A stretch of DNA of 64,000 nt from Macrostomum lignano (lineage: Eukaryota): assembly GCA_002269645.1 (NCBI GenBank), contig NIVC01001180.1:248001-312000 (forward strand). The letters are read 5' to 3'. Shown piece after piece: positions 36,419 to 46,148 of the stretch. The notes beneath the pieces are model-generated. The model saw only the letters and a program-made list of their open reading frames with translations. It was not told the DNA's origin and ran no database searches. Both the position numbers and the translations under genes were made by a program. Every line of letters starts with the position of its first letter. Within the stretch, counting starts at the first letter, position 1.

Positions 36419-37487
36419 AACTAGATGATGTCACTCGCAAAAAATGCGCTCACTTACATGTACTTCTTCAGTAGCACAATTAGCGTTTTTAAGCAAAAAT
36501 GTATTCATTTTACAAGATTTTTAAGTTTTTGAAAACGAAACAATCGCCTCTGGCCTTCTACAGGCAGAAATTTACATCTTCACCATGTTTGAAGCTGCAC
36601 CCAAATCCAGTGCGTGTGCTGAGCTAGATTATGGCCTGCCTCCCCCAGGGCTAAGTTTCGTCCGTCTAACTTTGAACTCTTTCTTAATGCTCTCTCATTG
36701 GCTGGCCTAGATAGGGCGGCCTGCCCCCCCTCCCAGGGCTGAGTTTCGTCCGTCTAACATTAACCTCTTTCTTACTGCTCTCTCATTGGCTGAGCTAGAT
36801 TAGGCCTGCCTCCCCCAGGGCTGAGTTTCGTCCGTCTTGCGTCCCGTAATGCTTGTTTACTCTTAACCCCATATGCTCCTAGGGATCACAGATACTAGAA
36901 TAACTAGATGTGTCACTCGCAAAAAATGCGTTTCTCTACTCTTTTTTCAGTAGCAAAATTAGCGTTTTTTTGCCTTTATAAAAGTGAAATTCAAATTTAT
37001 CCACTTTTAAACGAAATTTTAAGTTTTTAAGGCTGCAAAAGTCTGTGCCTAATTTCTACAAACAGGCTAATTAAATAAGCATGTCTGCTGAGTTCTACCG
37101 GTTCAAAAATAAACGAATTTAAGACTTAAGACTGTAGAAAACTATAAAAATGTAAAATTCCCAAATTCAGTGCTTGGCATAGAGAGCAAGAGAGAATTAG
37201 TGCTGGCGCCCAGACATCTCTCTACTGCTCTCTCATTGGCTGAGCTAGATTGGGCCTGCCCCCCCCCAGGCTGAGTTTCGTCCGTATTGCGTTCATTTGT
37301 GTACATTGAGTTAACAAATGCTTGTTCATTCTTAACCACCTATGCTCTTGAGGCCGCAAGCCCTGAGGAAGGAAAGGAATTTTACCTTCTACATCAAATT
37401 TGAATTACATTAGCGCAGACAACTACTGAAAAAATAGTAGAGGCTCTACTTTTTTCACAATTTTAATTGCGAGTGACAAATCTAGTT
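36419..37487. mobile_element. Inverted-repeat-bounded non-autonomous element plus a partial upstream duplicate
   Basis: AACTAGATGTGTCACTCGCAA at 36902-36922 versus the reverse complement of 37467-37487 (20/21 identical). The same left end occurs at 36419. An internal module of about 60 bp (GCTAGATT.GGCCTGCC.CCCCCAGGGCT.AGTTTCGTCCGT) is present four times. Confidence 0.6.
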
Positions 37488-38571
37488 TGTACGGTAGGTC
37501 ATGTTTTTAGTGCTAGTAAATAATTGAATAACTAGATTAGCAATCCGTTTATTCGGTTCTTAGTCTGACTCGCGAATAGTTTTATTGGACTAAATATACA
37601 TAAGAAATTTTAAGAAAGTAATGAAATAGTGCAGTTTTCTGTGCCCTTCTGTTTTATGCGTGTTATTATATTGCTGTTGTGTACATATACACGTTTACAA
37701 TCACTAATTGTCATTATAATATCTGATTGACTAATTATAAATTTAGCTTAGTAGAATAAAATTTTTATGGACTTTTTTATCTAAGCGGAAATTTTGAAAA
37801 AAAACTTTCTCCTGGCTAATAATTTTTGTCTTCCTAGATATTGTTTTATGAACTTTGTGTTTTTTGTTTTTTGTCTTGTTATTGAGGTTACCATGACGAC
37901 AAGACTGCCACTGTTCCGATGGTGCCATATTAATTTTTTTAAATAAAAATCTTTTTTTCTGTGTTCTCCCATCTTTAATTTTTCGTAGCATTCCAGAATC
38001 GCTTCCTATGAATGGATATTTTGCCTATTCATTAATTTTTAATTGTTGATAAAAAAGTGCCACGGAATTGTTAAGTTAATGCGAACGATGTTGGGGCTTA
38101 ATTGCATATATGATACTATTGATACTACTAATCCTTTTTTGTACTAGCCTGACTAAATAGGCTCACTTTATCGTGTCTAATGTGATGTGTTATCTGTCAA
38201 TTCATCTATTTATTTATAATTGCAGTTCCCTACTGCTAACCCGACACTGTTTCACATTCCAATCTTGTTGCTTTTAAAAATTAATTTCACTACACACGCC
38301 CTGCTTGTGCTGCAACAGACCATAATAATCATTTATGATCATTAACTGCTTACCAGTGGCCAAGGCTTCCGCTATTCTATAGAATTCCTTGTTTATAGTG
38401 CTGTGCCAGTCGTGCAACTACTTTATTAAGGGCCTGATTATTTACACTAAATAAATTGCCTGTTTTAATGTATATGTAGGCTCTGCTTATTTATCACCGA
38501 TTTAATGCTTGACTAGTGTCGACTCTTTTCATTATTACTCAGTGACAGCGCTTGATTCATCCACCGTCACT

Positions 38572-39262
38572 GTCTCAGATCCCCAGTTGCTGGGCCAGCC
38601 TCCCAGATCCCTAGTTGCTGGGCCAGCTTCCTAGATCCTCAGTTGCTAGGCCAGCCTCCCAGATCATCAGTTACTGGGCCAGCCTCCCAGATCCCCAGTT
38701 GCTGGGCCAGCCTCCCAGATCCTCAGTTGCTAGGCCAGCCTCCCAGATCCTCAGTTGCTAGGCCAGCCTCCCAGATCTCCAGTTGCTGGGCCAGCCTCCC
38801 AGATCCCCAGTTGCTGGGCCAGCCTCCCAGATCCTCAGTTACTGGGCCAGCCTCCCAGATCCTCAGTTACTGGGCCAGCCTCCCAGATCCTCAGTTGCTA
38901 GGCCAGCCTCCCAGATCCTCAGTTGCTGGGCCAGTCTCCCAGATCCTCAGTTGCTAGGCCAGCCTCCCAGATCCTCAGTTGCTGGGCCAGCCTCCCAGAT
39001 CCTCAGTTGCTAGGCCAGCCTCTCAGATCCCCAGTTGCTGGGCCAGTCTTCCAGATCACCAGTTGCTGGGCCAGCCTCTCAGATCCCCAGTTGCTGGGCC
39101 AGTCTCCCAGATCACCAGTGCTGGGCCAGCCTCCCAGATCCTCAGTTCTTGTGCCAGCCTCCCAGATCCTCAGTTCCTGTGCCAGCCTCCCAGATCCTCA
39201 GTTCCTGTGCCAGCCTCCCAGATCCTCAGTTGCTGGCCAGCCTCCCAGATCCTCAGTTGCTG
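38572..39262. repeat. 28-bp minisatellite (CAGTTGCTGGGCCAGCCTCCCAGATCCT) upstream of the CEBPZ ATG
   Basis: About 24 copies ending about 70 nt before the ATG at 39332. Confidence 0.95.
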
Positions 39263-39331
39263 GGCCACCAATGCTCACTTCACGTAGCCACCAGCAAGTC
39301 CAATTGAATACAAAACACATGCTCGCACTCC

Positions 39332-42300
39332 ATGACGGCACCCGGCGGCAACAAGAAAAAATCGACAAAGGCCGCTCCGGCCAAGCCGTTGGCAGCCTCC
39401 ACGGCAGGTGACGAAGCGGCAGCGCCAGCCGACGCGGCGGCACGCTGGTACCGCGACCCGCTGACTAAGGCGGCGCTGAAGCCCAGCGAGCCGTCGGAGC
39501 CGGGCGGCAAGGCGGAGTTCGCCCGCAAGAAGGGCGGCGAAGCGCTGGCCCAGCTGGCCAAGGCCTTCCGCTCCGACATGCAGACGTCGCGCAGCTTCGC
39601 CGATCGGTTCGCCATCCGGGTGCTGGAGTCCGGCACCCAGGCCGACCGGGTCGGCGTCATGACCGGCTTGGTGCGCGACCACCCGTTGGAGAGCCTTGCT
39701 CACCTGGAGGCCCTGGTTGCTATGGTGACGCCTAAAGCTAAACGCGACGCTCTCACCGTGCTGGATGCAGTCAAGTCTCTGTTTCTCGAGCACCTGCTGC
39801 CGCCAGGCAGGCGCCTCGTGCCACTCGACCGGCGCCCGTTTACCCGTCTGGCGCCGGTTCTGGCGCGCAAAGGCCGAGACGCGGCGCGTCACGTCCGCGC
39901 TCTCTGGTACTTTGAAGAGCGGCTGGGCCAGCTGCTGCAGCAGTTTCTGGACAGACTGGACGGCCTGCTGCGCGACCCGGTCGATGCGGCTCGACTACGG
40001 GCGGTGGCCGCCGTCGCTGAGCTGGCCGTCGGGCATCGGGACTGCCGGAGCCGCGCGATGGCCAGTCTGGCTAACAAATTGGGCGATCCGAGCCGACGGG
40101 TCTGCGGCGCCGCGCTGCACAGGCTAAGGCTGCTGGCGGTTAAGCGGCCGGAGATGAAGGTGGGGCGCCGGCGGGATTTGCAGGGTAGGGGAGGAACTGG
40201 CAGGGTAGGGGGCGGAACTGGCAGGGTAGGGGGCGGAACTGGCAGGGTATAGGGCGGAACTGGCAGGGTATAGGGCGGAACTGGCAGGGTATGGGGCGGA
40301 ACTGGCAGGGTAGGGGGCGGAACTGGCAGGGTAGGGGCGGAACTGGCAGGGTATGGGGCGGAACTGGCAGGGTAGGGGGCGGAACTGGCAGGGTATAGGG
40401 CGGAACTGGCAGGGTAGGGGCGGAACTGGCAGGGTAGGGGACGGAACTGGCAGGGTAGGGGGCGGAACTGGCAGGGTATAGGGCGGAACTGGCAGGGTAG
40501 GGGGCGGAACTGGCAGGGTAGGGGGCGGAACTGGCAGGGTAGGGGCGGAACTGGCAGGGTAGGGGCGGAACTGGCAGGGTAGGGGGCGGAACTGGCAGGG
40601 TAGGGGGCGGAACTGGCCTAATGATCGAAACTGTGGGGATTTGAGATCTAAGTGTCAGAAGAGGATCAGAACATGAACTCATTGCCTACCAATCGCCCGC
40701 AGGCCGCTCTAGTTGACGAAATCGAACGGCTGCTGTTTCGCGGCAACGCTGACTCTGCCGCTGCTCGCGGCGTCAACTCCGGCGTGGCTCGGACGCATCG
40801 GTACGCCGTCTGCCTGCTGTGCCAGCTGCCGCTGACCGCCGCCGACACCAACGCTGGCGGCGTGGCCGGCCGCCTGGCCGGGATTTACCTGGCCTTCTTT
40901 AAAGCGGCCGCCAAACGCCAGGAGGTGGCCGGCAGACTGTTTGCCGGCTTGCTGACCGGACTGCATCGAGCTCTGCCCTTCTGCGGCCCGGACAAACTGG
41001 CCGAACTGTCCGAGCACGCCAGGTTGCTGTTTGGCCTCGTCCATTTGGCCGGATTTAATGTCGGAGTCCAGTGCCTGCTGGTGCTGTTCCAGCTAGTGCA
41101 GCGGGATCCTAGTTTGAGCGACAGGTTCTACAGGGCGCTGTACCAGCGGCTGCTGGACATTGGGCCAGTGGCTAAGCGGGCCATGCTGATGCACCTGCTG
41201 TACCGCAGTCTGAGCTGGGACAGCCGGCTGCCGAGGGTGCGCGCGTTCGTTAGGCGGATCCTGCAGGTGAGATGGGCCTCGATCTAAAACTGATACGCAG
41301 CTTAAAGTACATCATTATTTAGTGCTTATCTACTGTTGATAAGCGGCCTTCAATTTTAATCTATCCCATGCTTTATGCTTATCTACTGTTGATAAGCGGC
41401 TTTCAATTTTAATCTATCCCATGCTTTATGCTTATCTACTGTTGATAATCGGCCTTCAATTCTAATCTATCCCATGCTTATCTATTGTGATAATCGGCCT
41501 TCAATTCTAATCTGTCCCATGCTTATCTATTGTGATAATCGGCCTTCAATTCTAATCTGCCCCATGCTTATCTATTGTGATAATCGGCCTTCAATTCTAA
41601 TCTGTCCCATGCTTATCTATTGTGATAATCGGCCTTCAATTCTAATCTGTCCCATGCTTATCTATTGTGATAATCGGCCTTCAATTCTAATCTGTCCCAT
41701 GCTTATCTATTGTGATAATCGGCCTTCAATTCTAATCTGTCCCATGCTTATCTATTGTGATAATCGGCCTTCAATTCTAATCTGTCCCATGCTTATCTAT
41801 TGTGATAATCGGCCTTCAATTCTAATCTGTCCCATGCTTATCTATTGTGATAATCGGCCTTCAATTCTAATCTGTCCCATGCTTATCTATTGTGATAATC
41901 GGCCTTCAATTCTAATCTATCCCATGCTTATCTATTGTGATAATCGGCCTTCAATTCTAATCTATCCCATGCTTATCTATTGTGATAATAGGCCTTCATT
42001 TCTAATCTATCCCATGCTTATCTATTGTGATAATCGGCCTTCAATTCTAATCTATCCCATGCTTATCTATTGTGATAATCGGCCTTCAATTCTAATCTGT
42101 CCCATGCTTATCTATTGTGATAATAGGCCTTCATTTCTAATCTATCCCATGCTTATCTATTGTGATAATCGGCCTTCAATTTTAATCTATCCCATGCTTA
42201 TCTATTGTGATAATCGGCCTTCAATTCTAATCTGTCCCATGCTTATCTATTGTGATAATAGGCCTTCATTTCTAATCTATCCCATGCTTATCTATTGTGA

Positions 42301-44621
42301 TAATCGGCCTTCAATTCCTTAGAGAAATTATGCATTTGACACATGTTTCCACTCATACTACTTTTCACAACTCGCGCACACTACTGCCGCCCCCATCAGG
42401 TGGCCACTATGCAAGACTCTGCATTCGCTTGCGCCTCCCTGCTGCTCATTGGGCAGCTGGAAGGCGACCGACCCGGCCTGGTCACCGACATGCTCAGCGG
42501 CGTCGCCGCCCCGGCCCCCGCCGACGCCACCACCGGCACCCCTATGGCAGCGGCGGCGGCGGCGGCGGCGGCCAGCTACGACCCGCTCAGCCGGCAGCCG
42601 GAATTCTGCGGCGCCGAGGCCGAGCCGCTGTGGGAGCTGCCGCACTACCTGTCCCATTGTCATCCGTCTGTGCGCCTGTTCGCCTCCCAGATTATTGCAA
42701 AGTGAGCCACTGTAGTCATTCACTTGTATGCAGTGTAATTGCAATAGTTCTAGAGTCGGCATTGTTTCTTCACCTCAAGCTAAATCAATAAAACTAGCGC
42801 CTTTTGTGCTGAATCACTTCCAGGAGTTTACCTGAATCATTTCCGGTTTCACTGCCTGAATCATTTCTAGTTTCACTGCCTGAATCATTTCTGGTTTCAC
42901 TGCCTGAATCATTTCCGGTTTCACTGCCTGAATCATTTCTAGTTTCACTGCCTGAATCATTTCTAGTTTCACTGCCTGAATCATTTCTAGTTTCACTGCC
43001 TGAATCATTTCTGGTTTCACTGCCTGAATCATTTCTAGTTTCACTGCCTGAATCATTTCTAGTTTCACTGCCTGAATCATTTCTAGTTTCACTGCCTGAA
43101 TCATTTCTAGTTTCACTGCCTGAATCATTTCCGGTTTCACTGCCTGAATCATTTCTAGTTTCACTGCCTGAATCATTTCTAGTTTTACTGCCTGAATCAT
43201 TTCTGGTTTCACTGCCTGAATCATTTCCGGTTTCACTGCCTGAATCATTTCTAGTTTCACTGCCTGAATCATTTCTAGTTTCACTGCCTGAATCATTTCT
43301 AGTTTCACTGCCTGAATCATTTCTAGTTTTACTGCCTGAATCATTTCTGGTTTCACTGCCTGAATCATTTCCGGTTTCACTGCCTGAATCATTTCTGGTT
43401 TCACTGCCTGAATCATTTCCGGTTTCACTGCCTGAATCATTTCTAGTTTTACTGCCTGAATCATTTCTGGTTTCACTGCCTGAATCATTTCCGGTTTCAC
43501 TGCCTGAATCATTTCTAGTTTCACTGCCTGAATCATTTCTAGTTTCACTGCCTGAATCATTTCTAGTTTCACTGCCTGAATCATTTCTGGTTTCACTGCC
43601 TGAATCATTTCTAGTTTGCCTGAATCATTCCCATTGTACAAGCCCTCACCCACACCGCACCGCAGGCAGCCAATCGTGTACGACGGCGATCCCCTGGCGG
43701 ATTTCTCCCTGGCCAAATTCCTCGAGCGATTCTCCTTCAAGAATCCCAAAAAAGCGCCGCCGCCAGGCGACCCGTCGGCCAGGTTTCGTCCCAGGCGCCG
43801 GTCGTCGTCCGCTGCTGGCGCCAAATTGGCGCCAAGCCGCGAAGAGCTGGCGCGCATACCGGACGAGGCCAGCGTGGCGCCGACGGAGCGGCACCTGCAC
43901 CGCTACCTGCGCATCGTCGGCGAGGGCCGCCGGCCACCGGACGATTTCGACTCGGACGCCAGCTCGGTTGGCGACGAGGAATTCGACGACTTCCTGGAGG
44001 ACTTCGAGCAGGTGAGCGGCAGATTTTCTAACACAATAGAGCTGGCTAACGGGGGTTCACTGAGGTCCGGAGCTCGATTCTAGATGTATGTAAACCAATT
44101 GAATTATTATGGCCAATCTTGAATATCTCGCTCACGCGTAGGGCCTGTCCGGCGACGCGGAAGCGGCCGACTTTGCCGACGATTTCGGCCGAGCCGACGC
44201 TGAACGGCGAAAAAAGTCGGCCAAACAATCGACCAAACAGAAGGCGGCTGGACAGGACGGCGATGATAGCGTCGACGATGATGTCGGTGAAAGCGACGGC
44301 GAGGACGACATCGACATGCTTGACGATGAGGAGCTGTCCGATCTGGGCATGTCCTCTGACGGCGAAGATTACGAAGTCAGCGGCGGCAACCGCGAGGAAA
44401 ATGGCGACGTCGACATCGATGCCGAAGGCTTCGCTGAAATGCTGGAAGGCGACTCGGCCGATCAGGCGAAGGCGGCCAAGCGGGCCCACTGGGACCGGGT
44501 TCGGTCCGACCGCATCGACAGGCGCGCCGGCCCGCCAAAGAGTCGAAAGCGTCGGGAAACTGGCGGCGGCGGCGGCGGCGGCGGCAGTCGAGCAAAAAAG
44601 CGGGCACGAACTGGGCGGTGA
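39332..44621 (+). CDS. CEBPZ: CCAAT/enhancer-binding protein zeta / Noc1 / Mak21, CBF-domain 60S biogenesis factor (839 aa, 5 exons)
   Basis: Exons 39332-40159, 40703-41266, 42400-42701, 43666-44011 and 44142-44621 join in frame. Motifs SGTQADRV, LANKLGDP, RFYRALYQRLL, RVRAFVRRILQV, EPLWEL...HCHPSV.LFA, YDGDPLADFSLAKFLERFSFKNPK, and an acidic tail. AATAAA at 44766-44771. Confidence 0.95.
40178..40617. repeat. 20-21-bp G-rich minisatellite (GGCGGAACTGGCAGGGTAGGG) in CEBPZ intron 1
   Basis: About 21 copies inside intron 40160-40702. Confidence 0.95.
41325..42318. repeat. 45-bp minisatellite (GATAATCGGCCTTCAATTCTAATCTGTCCCATGCTTATCTATTGT) in CEBPZ intron 2
   Basis: About 22 copies inside intron 41267-42399, with divergent, longer units at the 5' edge. 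Confidence 0.96.
42813..43630. repeat. 24-bp minisatellite (GTTTCACTGCCTGAATCATTTCTA) in CEBPZ intron 3
   Basis: About 34 copies inside intron 42702-43665. Confidence 0.96.
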
Positions 44622-45239
44622 TTTCTTAGAAATTCTATTGAGATCAGTTATGCCATTCAGCTGGGCAGGTCTATTCGCATTTTCAACCTAATCCTTGAAT
44701 AGGAAGTCGTCATTTATTGTGCGTTTAGAAGTCGTGCTTGCTTGAAATTTGTGTTATAAAAAAATAATAAACAAGTTGCATTGACTTATTATAGCGAATT
44801 GGATAGCACTGCGGTGCCGTCGTAGTCCTTTCCAATCCGCTAAGGTTTTCAATCTGTCAATTAAAGACAAAGAAATGTCCTTCTGGCTTCTTAATAATTA
44901 TTTTATAATTTTTATTTTGCAAGCAGAAATTATGCGTCAATAGGATCCTATAAGAGTTACAACTAAAAATACTATATGTGATTTTTATTTATAGTCAGCC
45001 CCAGCTGCAGCAACAACCTTTCATCGAGTTGCAAGGATGAAAAAGATAATGATAATGACCGGGGAGAAATGTCTGGCCTGTAAGCTGAATGCAGCAATCG
45101 GGGGTGGGGCGAGGGGGCGGCCGCCCCCCCCCCCCATATTTTCATCCCCCAGAATCTGCGTCCCGATTTGGGTCTTTAACCCCCAAAATCCGCTCCCTTT
45201 GGGCGTTGGATCTCCACCCCTGGAATCCGCCTCCCCGCC

Positions 45240-45545
45240 CGCCCCCCTCCTCTAATTTGGCTTTTCACCCCCTGAATCCGCCCCCCCCCCTAATTTAGCT
45301 CTTCACCCACGGAATCCGCCCCTCCCCCCTAATTTAGCTCTTCACCCCCGGAATCCGCCCCCCCCCCTAATTTAGCTCTTCACCCCCGGAATCCGCCCCC
45401 CTAATTTAGCTCTTCACCCCCGGAATCCGCCCCCCTAATTTAGCTCTTCACCCCCGGAATCCGCCCCCCTAATTTAGCTCTTCACCCCCGGAATCCGCCC
45501 CCCCTTAATTTGGCTCTTCACCCCCTGGAATCCGCCCCCCACTTT
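45240..45545. repeat. 33-36-bp minisatellite (CCGGAATCCGCCCCCCTAATTTAGCTCTTCACCC) downstream of CEBPZ
   Basis: About 8-9 copies with a variable C-run. Confidence 0.9.
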
Positions 45546-46148
45546 GGGTCTCCCCCGCCCCGGAATCCAGAACACACGTCCCATCCCAGCTGCAGCTGGA
45601 GTTGTTTTAAATTTTGTAGTTGTTTTGTAGGAAACCTGATTGATTGGTAAAATTTGTCAAGTGTATAATCATAGGTTTCAATGATGTAATTATTATTAGA
45701 TGCAATGCAATTCACTCAAAAGACTATCAGATTTTCGCATTTCTAAAAACAATTGAAGTCATGAACAATTAACGCCAAAAAAGACGCGTACCTGCTATTT
45801 TCTACCATTGCTGCTCCGTTACGGAAGTTCACCCAAGCCGGACATCCGTCATCTTTAATCCAGCATCTTCATACGCGTCGCTGCATTTCGTGCTGGCATT
45901 GACTTATCCACAATAAGAGAGAGAGAGAAAGGTGCTGTTCGTATTTTTAACTGATTTGCATTTGTTTTCAATCTGATTTTTTATATACTTATGTTGTCTT
46001 TCTACAATAATAAACTTATGCGTATGTTTCAGACTTACAATTTAAATTTATTTAATAAAAATTAAAGCCAATAAAGGAATAAAAGTTTTTTCTATTTTTG
46101 TTAAGCGTATTTTGCGTATTTGACAGTTGGAATAATATAGTATCTATT

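Noticed and set aside
39275-39892. Antisense or alternate-frame ORFs overlapping GC-rich exons (e.g. 9117-9481, 16122-16829, 18502-19194, 20584-20982, 39275-39892, 62424-62963)
   Set aside because: These are shadow ORFs expected from high GC and codon bias. The opposite frame matches known proteins and splices consistently.
40178-40617. Recursive (ratchet) splice sites in the CEBPZ intron 1 array
   Set aside because: Units read CAG|GGT rather than YAG|GT, and lack an upstream pyrimidine tract.
8812-45545. Enrichment of array unit lengths divisible by three
   Set aside because: About 7 of 17 units, close to the one-third expected by chance.
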